64,000 nt of DNA from Chloroflexota bacterium (GCA_027623195.1 JAQBUT010000005.1:31464-95463), one strand, 5' to 3'. Shown: positions 29,612 to 39,987, counted from the stretch's first letter. Translations and numbers: made by a program. Notes: generated from the letters alone by a model not told the origin.

Positions 29612-30604
29612 ATGGGACAGATTGTTATTGGCATGGGTTCGTCTCACAGTCCGCAGTTAAGCACGCCGTCAGAGTTGTGGCTAAACCACGGCGAGGGTGA
29701 CAAGCATAATCCCGCCCTGCTAGATAACAGGGGTGTGCATCGCACCTTTGAGGAGTTGCTGGAGATTGCCCCTGCCAACATCGCACAGCAGTTGGCTCCT
29801 GAAAAGATGGAAGAACGCCATCAGGCTAACCAGCGCGGAATTGCCCGACTGGCAGAGGCCTACGTCAACGCTAATCTCGACGCATTAGTAATCATTGGCG
29901 ACGACCAGGAAGAGATGTTCCGGAACGATCATCGGCCAGCAATAGCCGTCTATTGGGGCGAGACATTCGTCAATGGCGCGGTGCATATTACGCCGGACAT
30001 GTCTGAGGCTCGAAAGGCTTCCGCGTGGGGCTGGCGAGAGCCGGACGGTGAGAGGTCCTTCCCGGTGGCTGCAGACATAGGCCTGCATTTAATCGAACAC
30101 CTGCGAGAACAGGACTTTGATATCGCCCATATTAAGCAGGTCCCTGATTGGCACACCCAGATGGGACATGCCTTCGCCTTCGTCTACCGTCGCATTATGC
30201 AGGAGAATATCATTCCCACCATTCCCATCATGGTGAATACCTATTATCCGCCCAACCAGCCAACGCTAAACCGCTGTTACCAGTTGGGGCGCGAGATCAG
30301 GGCCGCCGTGGAATCCTGGCCCGCTGGCATACGCGTTGGAGTCATCGCCTCCGGAGGTCTGAGCCACTTCGTAATCGACGAGGACATGGACCAGCAGGTG
30401 ATGAAGGCGCTTCGCGAAGGTGACAAGGACGCGCTGGTCTCTCTGCCCAGGGAGCGGATGGACTCGGGCACATCGGAGATACGAAACTGGATTGCCATGT
30501 CTGGCGCCTCTGAGGGGCTCAGCCACCAGTGGTCGGATTACGTACCCAGCTACAGAACAATGGCAGGCACAGGATGCGCCATGGGTTTCGGCATCTGGGC
30601 ATAG
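29612..30604 (+). CDS. Class III extradiol ring-cleavage dioxygenase (LigB family)
   Basis: 330 aa. N-terminal GMGSSHSPQL, internal HxF and GGLSHF motifs typical of LigB/protocatechuate 4,5-dioxygenase-type enzymes. Confidence 0.7.
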   Translation: MGQIVIGMGSSHSPQLSTPSELWLNHGEGDKHNPALLDNRGVHRTFEELLEIAPANIAQQLAPEKMEERHQANQRGIARLAEAYVNANLDALVIIGDDQEEMFRNDHRPAIAVYWGETFVNGAVHITPDMSEARKASAWGWREPDGERSFPVAADIGLHLIEHLREQDFDIAHIKQVPDWHTQMGHAFAFVYRRIMQENIIPTIPIMVNTYYPPNQPTLNRCYQLGREIRAAVESWPAGIRVGVIASGGLSHFVIDEDMDQQVMKALREGDKDALVSLPRERMDSGTSEIRNWIAMSGASEGLSHQWSDYVPSYRTMAGTGCAMGFGIWA

Positions 30605-30689
30605 CGTATTATCAGGCAATCAACGAAAGGCCATATTCGCAGGAGGTCAATATCGGAAGTCACAACATCTGGTTGCGAGGGGGTAAAGC

Positions 30690-31799
30690 TTGGAAGGAGC
30701 ATACAGGGCAGACCATATAGGTAGCCTGCTCAGGCCAATCGAAGTGAAGGAAGCTCGGGCGGCATTCCGTAGCGGTGCCATAAACCGCAGGCAACTGACG
30801 GCAGTGGAGGATCGCGCCATACAGGTAGCCCTGGAACGCCAACGCCAGACCGGAATCGACGTTTTCTCCGATGGCGAGTTCCGTCGCTCCAGCTTTCAAA
30901 ACGACCTCGCGGAATCAGTGGATGGTTACGTGGCCTCTGAGGTACCTTCAGTCGTCCGCATGTGGCAAGGTCCCGGCGGCGAACCCCAAGAACAGGGTAC
31001 GAACCTGGTAGTCGGAGGAAAGCTACGTCCCCGGCGCCGCCTTACCAGGCAGCAAACCGCCTTTCTGAACGACCATGCCCCCGGCCCATTCAAGATTACG
31101 CTGCCCAGTGCCAATCAGTTCCCCACTATTAGCTACCAGGAAGGCCTCACCGACAAATTCTACCCTACCCGCTCGGACCTGCTTTGGGAGATCGTAGGAA
31201 TCCTGAAGAACGAAGTGCAGGCGCTGGTGAACGACGGCGTGTCCTACATTCAAATAGATGCGCCAAGGTACAGCTACTTTGTCGATCCCAAGTGGCGGCA
31301 GCACCTTAAGGACATGGGACAGGACCCAGACAAGCTTTTTGAGGAAGCGGTGCAGGCAGACAACGCCTGTCTTGAGGGTGTGGAGCGGGACGGCACCACG
31401 CTGGCTATGCACATCTGCCGAGGCAACAACCAGAGCAAATGGTACGCCCAGGGCGGATATGAGCCCATCGCCGAAAAGCTGTTCGGTTCGCTGAATGTGG
31501 ATAGGTTCCTGCTGGAATACGACACGGAGCGCGCAGGGACTTTCGAGCCACTAAGATTCATACCCAGTAACAAGATGGTAGTGCTTGGGCTTGTCAGCAC
31601 CAAGGACCCTACCCTGGAAACTGAAGACGAAATACTGCGCCGTATCGACGAGGCATCGAAGTTCGTAGCTCTGGAACGGCTAGCCCTGAGCCCGCAGTGC
31701 GGATTTGCATCTACGGAGGCTGGCAACCTTCTCACAGAAGACCAGCAGTGGCGCAAGATGCAGCTAGTGGTAGAGGTTGCCCGCAAGGTCTGGGGCTGA
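30690..31799 (+). CDS. Cobalamin-independent methionine synthase-like (MetE C-terminal/UROD-fold) protein
   Basis: YRADHIGSLLRP start, IQIDAP, HICRGN and SPQCGF motifs (Zn-binding His/Cys pattern). TTG start. Confidence 0.7.
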   Translation: MEGAYRADHIGSLLRPIEVKEARAAFRSGAINRRQLTAVEDRAIQVALERQRQTGIDVFSDGEFRRSSFQNDLAESVDGYVASEVPSVVRMWQGPGGEPQEQGTNLVVGGKLRPRRRLTRQQTAFLNDHAPGPFKITLPSANQFPTISYQEGLTDKFYPTRSDLLWEIVGILKNEVQALVNDGVSYIQIDAPRYSYFVDPKWRQHLKDMGQDPDKLFEEAVQADNACLEGVERDGTTLAMHICRGNNQSKWYAQGGYEPIAEKLFGSLNVDRFLLEYDTERAGTFEPLRFIPSNKMVVLGLVSTKDPTLETEDEILRRIDEASKFVALERLALSPQCGFASTEAGNLLTEDQQWRKMQLVVEVARKVWG

Positions 31800-31883
31800 T
31801 AGGTCGCGAGTCTGGCTGACCTTCAGCTTCCCCTCTCAATCACCCTGGGCCGGCTCCTCTAGCCGGTAGGAAAGGCTTGTGAA

Positions 31884-33029
31884 GTGAAATGTAGCACCGA
31901 CCGAATACTTACCACCCATACGGGCAGCCTACCGCGCCCACCTGAACTGGTGGCGATGATGCAGGCGAAGGAAGACGGCAACCCCTTCGACCAGAAGGCC
32001 TTCGATGAGCGGGTTCGCACAGCCGTTGCCGATATCGTCAGGCTTCAGGTAGAGGCAGGCATCGATATAATCAGCGACGGGGTGCAGGGCAAACCCAACT
32101 TTGCCACGTACGTGAAGGACCGGATTGCCGGGTTTGATGGTGTGAATCCCGAACCTCGAGTGTTTGGTGACCGCAGGGCCTTCCCTGAGTGGAACGCCAC
32201 AACCACCTCCAGCAAGCTGATGAACGGGGTTCGACTACTGTGTACCAACGAGCTAAGCTGGAAAAACCAGTCAGCAGTTGGAATCGACATTGATAACTTT
32301 CGAGCGGCGCTGACCGACAACTCTGCGGAAGACGCATTTATTCCGTCAGCATCGCTGGGCATCATTGCGGAGATAATTCGCAACACGCACTACCCAAGCG
32401 AAAAGGCGTACCTGTACGCGCTAGCCGACGCCATGAAGGTGGAGTACGAGGCAATAGCGAACGCAGGTTTCGTATTGCAAATCGACGCTCCGGATGCCGC
32501 CCTCGGCAGGCACGCGCAGTTCTGGGACAAGAGTCTGGACGACTTCAGGTCTTCCCTGGCGCTACGAATAGAGGCTCAAAACCACGCTCTGGCCAACATC
32601 CCAGAGGAGCAGGTGCGGTTCCACCTGTGCTGGGGCAACTACGAAGGCCCGCATACTGAAGACGTGCCCCTAAAAGACATCGTAGACATAATTCTGAAGG
32701 TAAACGCCGGTGCATACTCTGTGGAGGCGTCCAACCCCCGTCATGCCCATGAATGGCAAGTGTGGCAGGATGTGAAGCTGCCGGACGGCAAGACCCTAAT
32801 CCCAGGCGTTATAGACAGCACTACCAATTTCGTGGAGCACCCGGAGGTGGTGGCAGAGCGCCTCACCCGTTACGCAAACCTGGTGGGCAAAGAAAACGTC
32901 ATTGCCGGGACGGACTGTGGCTATGGCACCACTGCCGAGTTGGCCAGAGTACACCCCACGGTCATGTGGGCGAAGTTCCGCTCGCAGGCGGAAGGCGCAC
33001 GCCTGGCCAGCGAACGGCTGTGGGGCTAA
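31884..33029 (+). CDS. Cobalamin-independent methionine synthase-like protein, second paralog
   Basis: ILTTHTGSLPRP, LQIDAPD, HLCWGN and GTDCGYG motifs. GTG start with GGAAAGG upstream. Confidence 0.7.
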   Translation: MKCSTDRILTTHTGSLPRPPELVAMMQAKEDGNPFDQKAFDERVRTAVADIVRLQVEAGIDIISDGVQGKPNFATYVKDRIAGFDGVNPEPRVFGDRRAFPEWNATTTSSKLMNGVRLLCTNELSWKNQSAVGIDIDNFRAALTDNSAEDAFIPSASLGIIAEIIRNTHYPSEKAYLYALADAMKVEYEAIANAGFVLQIDAPDAALGRHAQFWDKSLDDFRSSLALRIEAQNHALANIPEEQVRFHLCWGNYEGPHTEDVPLKDIVDIILKVNAGAYSVEASNPRHAHEWQVWQDVKLPDGKTLIPGVIDSTTNFVEHPEVVAERLTRYANLVGKENVIAGTDCGYGTTAELARVHPTVMWAKFRSQAEGARLASERLWG

Positions 33030-33133
33030 AAGGCTTTTTCATATATCGGGCGTTGGTGATTCAAGACAGACAGGAAATCTCGGTAGTCCAAAAAAGCTGA
33101 TCGACCCCAGCCATGTGCTGTAACTGCCAGATT

Positions 33134-33168
33134 AAAAAAAGGGCCCTGGCCGCATTTGGCCAGGGCCC
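33134..33168 (-). terminator. Rho-independent terminator after the MCP gene
   Basis: GGGCCCTGGCC-GCATTT-GGCCAGGGCCC, an 11-bp stem. The A7 run at 33134-33140 gives a U-tract on the minus strand. Confidence 0.6.
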
Positions 33169-33217
33169 CATTTCCGCTTTGCACGATTAGACTGCGCTAA
33201 GCTTAAGAGTCGTCCTG

Positions 33218-35245
33218 CTAATTAGAGTCGGAGGCCAGGACCGCCAGCCTGTCGGTCGTCTGCCCGGAAGCGACATCGCTATCCAGACGGAATGCTGCCA
33301 CTGCCCCTTGGAGAACTCGCGTCATAGCGTCCAGCTCCTGAGTCGATGCCACTACTTCTTCGACCTGGGCGCTCATCTCCTCAGCAGATGCGCTCATCTC
33401 TTCGGTAGCAGCGCTGTTTTCCTCTGAAACTGCAGTGATGCTCTCGATGGCCTTGGAGACTTCAGTGCTATTGGCGGCCATTTCTTCGCTTGCCGCGCTG
33501 TTTTCTTCAGTTATGGCGCTTACTTCGCCCATGGTCTTCACCATGTCGGCGCTGGAGGCAGTGACCTGCTCGGCTGATGCGGAGATCTGCTCGATCTGAT
33601 TTCCGACACCCTCAACAGATTCCATGATATTGGCCAGAGCCTTGCCTGCCTCTTCGGCAAGCTTGACGCCCTCGGCCACTTCCTGGGTTCCGTCCTCAGC
33701 TGCCTTTATGGACTCCGCTACGCCCTTCTGGATGTTATCTATGAGGCCAGCGATTTCCTTGGTTGCGTCGGTGACTCGCTCTGCCAGGCCCCTAACTTCG
33801 TCGGCCACAACCGCGAATCCTCGACCCTGCTCACCCGCTCGCGCCGCCTCGATTGCTGCGTTTAAGGCCAGAAGGTTGGTCTGAGCCGCAATGTCGTCGA
33901 TGACGGCGACGATCTTGCCTATCTCCTCGGACTGTGCGCCCAACTGGGTGATCTGATTAGAAGCCTCAGCCATTGCCGAGCTGATCTTGCCCATGCCGAC
34001 GATGGTCTGATTTACCATTTCGCCGCCGTTCCGGGCCGCTTCGCTGGTCTGGCGTGAACCAATTGCAGCCTCCTGCGCACTTCGAGCAACTTCACTGATG
34101 GCCGTGGACACCTGGTCTACGACGCTGGAGGCTTGCTCTACGCCCTGGGCTTGCTCCTGGCTACCCTTGGCTATCTGTTCTATTGCGGCAGAGAGCTGCT
34201 GCATGGACTGGGTAGTCGCCTGGATGCTCTCGGTCTGCTGACTGGTTCCCATGGCCACCTGCTGACTCACCTGGGTAATACCTGTGGTGGCCTGACCTGC
34301 CTGGTCGGCAGCACTGGCTAACTGTGAGCTCGCCGCTGCCAAACCAGTGGCAGTGCTCCTTACCTGACCGATAATCTCCATAAGGTTGTCGACCATCTGA
34401 TTGGTGTTGCCGCCCATGTCCACCACCTCGTCAATCATCTTGTTAAAGGCAGTGGCCATGTCACCTATTTCGTCTTTGGATTTAACTTGCACATGTTCCA
34501 TTTGGACGTCGGCTTTCACAGTTAGGTTGCCATCGGCCACTTCCCTTGTTACCCGTGACAGGGCTGGCAACAGTCGTTCTGCCAGTTCAGTGGCAGCATC
34601 GCCGACACTACGCACGCCATTGGATATGCTCCGAGACAGCAGGAATCCCATAACCATGGCGACGACTGCAGCGAGTACCGAAATGACGATTATGAGTGTG
34701 ATTGCTGTCTGCTCGGTGGACTCAGCAGCGGCGAAGGATTCTTCCATTTCCAGCTCTATGAGGTGGACGAGCTCTGCAAGCTCCACCTCCATCTCCTCTT
34801 CCTCAGCGACCATGATGTGAAGGGAGTTCAGTCCGCCTGCCGCGTCGCCTGCCCTATACAAGCTTGCGAGGAGTTCACCCGCTATAATGAACTCTTCGTA
34901 CTGGTCCTCAACTAGGAAGAGCAAATCCAGAGCTTCGTCGTTGCCTCGCAACTGGTCCTCCAGCTGTGCGGACTCTTCATGAATCAGGTCCGTCTGATGC
35001 CTGGCTTGTTCAAGGACGGCCTCGTCCAGGGTCAGGGCGTACTCGAAGTAAAACTCGGTCTGGAGGGCAAGCTGCAATTCCAGATCCTTAGCCTCCTCGA
35101 CTTGGGGCAGCGACTCGTGCACTATGTGGTCTGCGGCGGCTCCCATAGAATTAAGGCCGTTCCAGCTTACGCCGAAGACCACCAGCAGCATGGCAACTAC
35201 TACTAAGAAGCCGCCAATCAATTTCGCTCTAATATTCAACTTCAT
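33218..35245 (-). CDS. Methyl-accepting chemotaxis protein (TM - helical periplasmic sensor - TM - HAMP - MA domain)
   Basis: Highly conserved signalling hairpin [34 protein letters not shown]. Two TM segments flank an acidic ~150-aa sensor region. AGGAGGAG SD upstream. Confidence 0.9.
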   Translation of the reverse strand: MKLNIRAKLIGGFLVVVAMLLVVFGVSWNGLNSMGAAADHIVHESLPQVEEAKDLELQLALQTEFYFEYALTLDEAVLEQARHQTDLIHEESAQLEDQLRGNDEALDLLFLVEDQYEEFIIAGELLASLYRAGDAAGGLNSLHIMVAEEEEMEVELAELVHLIELEMEESFAAAESTEQTAITLIIVISVLAAVVAMVMGFLLSRSISNGVRSVGDAATELAERLLPALSRVTREVADGNLTVKADVQMEHVQVKSKDEIGDMATAFNKMIDEVVDMGGNTNQMVDNLMEIIGQVRSTATGLAAASSQLASAADQAGQATTGITQVSQQVAMGTSQQTESIQATTQSMQQLSAAIEQIAKGSQEQAQGVEQASSVVDQVSTAISEVARSAQEAAIGSRQTSEAARNGGEMVNQTIVGMGKISSAMAEASNQITQLGAQSEEIGKIVAVIDDIAAQTNLLALNAAIEAARAGEQGRGFAVVADEVRGLAERVTDATKEIAGLIDNIQKGVAESIKAAEDGTQEVAEGVKLAEEAGKALANIMESVEGVGNQIEQISASAEQVTASSADMVKTMGEVSAITEENSAASEEMAANSTEVSKAIESITAVSEENSAATEEMSASAEEMSAQVEEVVASTQELDAMTRVLQGAVAAFRLDSDVASGQTTDRLAVLASDSN

Positions 35246-35281
35246 GACTCGGTCACTCCTCCTATTTGTGTGGGTGTATTT

Positions 35282-37042
35282 TTAGAATTCCCCAATGGTC
35301 CGGCTATTCAACGGCTGAACTGGCCGTGCGTTGCCTCCGAATATCGACATGAACTTATCCATCTGGGCCTTGGAGGCCTGTACCGGCTCCTGTACTACGA
35401 ACCACTTAACGCCTTCCGAACACGGGGGGGTGGTAAGCGAACCATCGAACGCGAAGTATTGAGCCTCGCTAGGGAGGATGTCCGTAATGCTGATTCTAAG
35501 GTCCGAAGCTACGTTGCCCTCTTCTCTGGGAAGGAAGTCCCAGAACTTGGCGAAGAGAGGGTTCTCCTCGCCGCTTTCGAATAGCACGCCGATGACGCCA
35601 AGACCGCCCCCGGCGTTCTTGTGGACCAGGTGCATTTCCATGGGGTACCTGCCGCCGTCCACGGAGTTTTCGCTAGGTGTATGGAAATGGAACTGCAGAA
35701 GGTCGTACTCTCCACCGTCCAGGTAGGCCACGCTGCCTGAATCGTAGTTAATCTGGATTGTGTGGCCGTTGTTAAGAATTGTTACGACCGTATCGCCGTA
35801 GTTAGTGAAGACGGAATTATCGGCGCCGACTGTAAATCTCGAGTCGATGTCAATTGGAGATTGCTCCACCCCGGTCTTGCAGGCGATGTAGTCGTCGGCC
35901 AGGTCTCCCCAGTAATTCGGGCCCGAATTGCCCTCGTAGGTCCAGTGAGGAGGGCCATCACCATGATCACCATTGCTAACCGTGGTGTCTCCGTGGTCAG
36001 GAGCGACCCCATGGGCATCGCCAGTGCTCCCGCCGGAAATGAGTCTTGCATGCAGAGGCTGCACCGGGCGATTGTTGTGCCCCAATATTCCGTTGAAAGC
36101 CGAGATCTGATCCCCGGACATCTCGATTGGGGTGCTCATGACGTTCCAGTTCACGCCTTCGCTGCATGGCGGCGTGGTGAGGGAACCGGAGTATGTATAG
36201 ATCTCCCTGTCGTGAGGTAGCATGGACTCGACGTTTACGTTGACGCCATGAACCTCTTTTACCTCACCTGCGCCGTGAGGCAGGTTTGCAACAAGCGACT
36301 GGAAGAAGGGGTTGGAATGACCCTCTTCGATGAATACGCCAACTACGGCCAGTTCGCCGCTCGCGCTCTTATGTACCAGGTGTCCCTCCATAGGGTAGTT
36401 CTGGGAGCTAACCTGATGCTCAGAAGGCGTATGGAAGTGGAACTGAAGCAGCTCGTACTGCTCGTGGTCGATGACTATCGAGCTGCCGGGCGCGTAATTC
36501 ACCTGCAAAGTGTGGCCGTTGTTCAGGATGCTCAACGGCACGTCGTTGTAGTTGAATTGAATGCTCGCTGGCTGGGCAAAGGCCGAGCCGGCAATGTCAA
36601 TTGGCGACTGGCTGGTGCCCGCCTTGCAGGCGATGAACTCGTCTGCCAGGTCTCCCCATTTGCTCGGACCGAGGTCTCCCTCGTAGGCCCAGTGGGGCGC
36701 GGCGCTGCCATGATCCGTGCTGGCAGGAGCGGCATGGCCCGTAGCAGGTGCTGCATGGTCTGTACTGGCTGGTGCAGCATGGCCCGTAGCGGGAGCGGCA
36801 TGGCTGTCGGCGGGAGCAGCGTGATCCGTGCTGGCAGGTGCAGCATGTGTATCTGAGGTCGCGACGCGCGACACCCTGGTCCTAGTCCTGGCACCGCTTT
36901 CCGCATCGCTGCTATCGGCAGCAGAAGCGGAAGTGCCACAGCCCGAAAGGACTAACAAAAGGGCAAATGCCAGCGCCGATAAAGCGATGGCATACCCTTT
37001 GCCCTTAAAAAGGGCCGTTCTAAGGTTTTGATCACTGATCAT
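35282..37042 (-). CDS. Lipoprotein with two tandem alpha-class carbonic anhydrase domains
   Basis: Lipobox VLSGC. Two copies of the alpha-CA signature set: HW(A/T)YEG, QSPIDI, LLQFHFHTPSE, HLVH and GSLTTPPCSEGV. All three Zn-ligand His residues are conserved in both domains. Confidence 0.85.
   Translation of the reverse strand: MISDQNLRTALFKGKGYAIALSALAFALLLVLSGCGTSASAADSSDAESGARTRTRVSRVATSDTHAAPASTDHAAPADSHAAPATGHAAPASTDHAAPATGHAAPASTDHGSAAPHWAYEGDLGPSKWGDLADEFIACKAGTSQSPIDIAGSAFAQPASIQFNYNDVPLSILNNGHTLQVNYAPGSSIVIDHEQYELLQFHFHTPSEHQVSSQNYPMEGHLVHKSASGELAVVGVFIEEGHSNPFFQSLVANLPHGAGEVKEVHGVNVNVESMLPHDREIYTYSGSLTTPPCSEGVNWNVMSTPIEMSGDQISAFNGILGHNNRPVQPLHARLISGGSTGDAHGVAPDHGDTTVSNGDHGDGPPHWTYEGNSGPNYWGDLADDYIACKTGVEQSPIDIDSRFTVGADNSVFTNYGDTVVTILNNGHTIQINYDSGSVAYLDGGEYDLLQFHFHTPSENSVDGGRYPMEMHLVHKNAGGGLGVIGVLFESGEENPLFAKFWDFLPREEGNVASDLRISITDILPSEAQYFAFDGSLTTPPCSEGVKWFVVQEPVQASKAQMDKFMSIFGGNARPVQPLNSRTIGEF
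36710..36847 (-). repeat. Coding tandem repeat HAAPA(S/T/D)(T/G/S)(D) x6 in the CA N-terminal linker
   Basis: Protein reads THAAPASTDHAAPADSHAAPATGHAAPASTDHAAPATGHAAPASTDHGSAAPHW. The DNA shows the reiterated unit GTGATCCGTGCTGGCAGG.GC.GCATG. Confidence 0.8.
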
Positions 37043-37630
37043 GATTCACCTCTAGCATAGTTTTGTTCTTCAAAGGTCGGATTCTGCTCGACACTCAGAA
37101 TCAGGTAAAAGCTATATTTAAGGTCCCTCGGCTTATCCGAAGGCCACGAACATGCCAACTAATTTCAATCGCTATGAAAAGTCGTTGCATTTTTTTGACG
37201 ATGTAGTCTCATATAAACGACAGAAACCGTCATAAACGTGATATCTGTACTTGTATGGGAGACTAACGGCTGAGGCTATTACCTATTTCTGCGCGAGGGG
37301 ACGGCGGCGGTGACATTTCCCGCCGGGCACCGACTCAAGGGTCCTGGGCATAGGCTGGAGGCACTTAATGGGTTTCACTGAGTGCGCGACAAGGCCTTTT
37401 CCCATCCGAATCTCAGTCTGGCCTGAAGGGGCTGTGGGCGCGACTTAAATCCGTTGAGCAATTCACAAATGCTTCCTACACGGAGGAAGTCGTTCTCGGA
37501 TTTACCAGACCTAGAACGTCTCGTCAGGAAATTGACACCAGTCCAGAGCGGGTGCTACGGTCTCCGCATCCTACACGTGCTTTCAGACGTCAGAACAATG
37601 CACATGGAATATCGATCAGAGGGAGAGTTC

Positions 37631-38443
37631 ATGGTTTCACAAGGCAAGCGGTTGCAGGGAAAGGTCGCCATAGTGACCGGCGCAGGTTCAAGGGGACCGG
37701 GAGTTGGGACCGGCAAGGCCACGGCTACGCTTTTCGCGCGGGAGGGGGCCAAGGTACTCCTGGTAGACAACGTAATCGCACGAGCCGAAGAAACTCTTGC
37801 TTCCATACTTTCCGAAGGGGGCGAGGCATCAGTCATAGAGGCCAACGTAACCGTCGAGGCGGAGTGCGAGCAGATCGTTCTCCAGGCTGTGGAGCGCTAC
37901 GGCGGACTTAACATCCTCTTCAACAACGTTGGCATTGGCGCGCCAGGCACGGTGCTGGACGTGACGGAGGAGGATTTCACGCGAGTCATCGATACGAACC
38001 TCAAGAGCATGATAATGCTGAGCAAATACGCTGTGCCCAAGATGATAGAGGCGGGGTCCGGCTCGGTTATCAATATGTCGTCAATTGCCGGCATAAGAGC
38101 GGGAAGCAGCGGGGCCAGCATTTCCTACGCCGTTTCCAAAGGTGGCGTAATAGCGCTCACAACTCAGATGGCTGTGCACCACGGACGACAGAACGTTCGC
38201 GTGAATTGCATAGCGCCAGGACCGCTTTACACACCCATGGTGGCACATCGGTTGTCCGAAGAGGCACGGGAGCTGAGACGAAAGAGCAATCCCCTGGGAT
38301 TAGAGGGGACAGCCTGGGACATCGCGTGGACGGCGCTATTCCTGGCCAGCGACGAGGCTCGATGGATTACGGGCGTTACCCTGCCCGTAGACGGAGGCGT
38401 GCTGGCAACAACACCTCTCTCAATGCTGGAACACCTGCGGTAG
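37631..38443 (+). CDS. SDR-family oxidoreductase
   Basis: TGAGSRGPGVG cofactor motif, NNVG, and a YxxxK-region (YAVSKGG). The ATG at 37631 is preceded by GAGGGAGAG. The ORF-track start at 37454 adds an implausible 59-aa extension. Confidence 0.85.
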   Translation: MVSQGKRLQGKVAIVTGAGSRGPGVGTGKATATLFAREGAKVLLVDNVIARAEETLASILSEGGEASVIEANVTVEAECEQIVLQAVERYGGLNILFNNVGIGAPGTVLDVTEEDFTRVIDTNLKSMIMLSKYAVPKMIEAGSGSVINMSSIAGIRAGSSGASISYAVSKGGVIALTTQMAVHHGRQNVRVNCIAPGPLYTPMVAHRLSEEARELRRKSNPLGLEGTAWDIAWTALFLASDEARWITGVTLPVDGGVLATTPLSMLEHLR

Positions 38444-38641
38444 AGAAGACGTACAACTAGCCTTGGAACGCCACAATTTCCCGCACTAGTTGCGTCCCGT
38501 ATTCGCTGACGTCTGACATATGCATGTTGTTGCCATCGCGCAACCAGCCTGAGTAAGATGTCACCTGCATATACGAGAAATCGCCATTACTATGTTCGCC
38601 GTTTGACTTAGCGGCGCCCTATTTTCAACAGGAGGATTCGC

Positions 38642-39199
38642 ATGGCAAGAACACCTATAGTCACCCGGGATCAGGTGCCTGCGCAGTTTAAAGATGCCTT
38701 CGACAGGGAAACCGCCGACAGCGGCGGAGTGGTGGATGCCGGTCCGGGATCGGTAATGATCAATAGCCCCGATATGCGAGAGCGTGCCAACAATCTGGTC
38801 AAGTATTTCAGGGAAGTGTCGGATCTCCCTCAGAGGATTCAGGAACTGGCGATGGTGCTAACTGCCCGGCATATGGACTGCCAGTACATCTGGTATGCCC
38901 ATTCCGCCCGCGCACGCCAACATGGATTGAGTGACGAATTGGTGGATGCTTTGCGGGACAGCAAGCCGTTGCCAGCACTACCTGCCGATGAGGATGCCGT
39001 AGTAAAATATGCGACCGAGTTGTTCACCAATCACAAGGTCAGTCAGGCAACATTCGACACGGCTCTGGAACTTTTCGGCGCGCAACGATTGACCGAGTTG
39101 ACCACTATGATGGGTTACTACACTCTGCTGGCGTTCAACGCCAACGCCTTTGAAATCGATCTGCCCAGCGGCGGCACCGAGCCATTGCTTCCCATCTGA
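38642..39199 (+). CDS. Carboxymuconolactone decarboxylase (AhpD-like) family protein
   Basis: 185 aa. LTARHMDCQYIWYAHSARARQHGLSDELVDAL resembles the CMD-domain core. AGGAGG SD upstream. Confidence 0.65.
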   Translation: MARTPIVTRDQVPAQFKDAFDRETADSGGVVDAGPGSVMINSPDMRERANNLVKYFREVSDLPQRIQELAMVLTARHMDCQYIWYAHSARARQHGLSDELVDALRDSKPLPALPADEDAVVKYATELFTNHKVSQATFDTALELFGAQRLTELTTMMGYYTLLAFNANAFEIDLPSGGTEPLLPI

Positions 39200-39303
39200 A
39201 TAGCCAGGGCGTCCAGGATAGGCGATGTACCTATCCAACCTGCTCCTCAATTTAAGATGTAAGGGGGCTGGCAATAAGCGCCTAAACCGTGTGCATCACG
39301 CCG

Positions 39304-39987
39304 TCAATCGCGCGTAGCCGTCCATACGATGTGTTGTCCGCCGCCTTTACCCAGACCTTTCCCTCGCGCCGACACCCTGACTTCGTTCAACTCGAAGCCA
39401 GCATGGCGCAACCGCTGGGAAAACGCTCCATCAGGACCAGGGGACCATATGGCCAATACCCCCTTCGGTCGTAATGCATTGAAGGCTGCGTTCAACCCCT
39501 GAAGGCCATAAAGCCAGTCGTTGCCCTTTCGGGTCAGCGCCTGTGGGCCGTTGTCAACGTCGAGGAGGATAGCATTGTAGTCACCCTTGGCCACCCTTAT
39601 CATTTGGGCAACGTCGGCTTCATGGATTGTGACCCGGTTGTCATCCAGAGGACTGTCAGCCAGATGGGCCAGGAATCTCCGGTTCCAACTGACCACGGCA
39701 GGCACCAGTTCGGCCACGACTACCTCGGCCTCAGCTTCAAGTCCATTTAGGGCCGACCTCAAGGTGTATCCCATACCCAGGCCGCCAATGAGAACGCGAG
39801 CTTGCGGTTCTTTTGTGATTTCTCGACATGCAAGATTGGCCAAAGCATCTTCGGACCCATGAATACGACTGTTCATGAGTTCATAATTGCCCGCCTTAAT
39901 TGAAAACTCAGTGTCACGCTGATGCAAACTAAGTTCTTCCCCATTCCCAGGCGTTTGCGCCGTGTCGAGTAACTTCCAGGGAATCAT
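39304..39987 (-). CDS. Spermidine synthase-like class I methyltransferase-fold protein
   Basis: VLIGGLGMGYTLRSAL (GxGxG), ILLDVDNGP and the N-terminal beta-hairpin region (LSLHQRDTEFSIKAGNYELMNS) are typical of this family. Confidence 0.6.
   Translation of the reverse strand: MIPWKLLDTAQTPGNGEELSLHQRDTEFSIKAGNYELMNSRIHGSEDALANLACREITKEPQARVLIGGLGMGYTLRSALNGLEAEAEVVVAELVPAVVSWNRRFLAHLADSPLDDNRVTIHEADVAQMIRVAKGDYNAILLDVDNGPQALTRKGNDWLYGLQGLNAAFNALRPKGVLAIWSPGPDGAFSQRLRHAGFELNEVRVSARGKGLGKGGGQHIVWTATRD

Noticed and set aside
36710-36847. Tandem repeats at 36710-36847 and 62500-63130 as possible CRISPR arrays or satellite DNA.
   Set aside because: Both lie inside long ORFs with the repeat phase in multiples of three and conserved amino-acid units. 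There are no spacer-like unique segments of uniform length and no cas genes.
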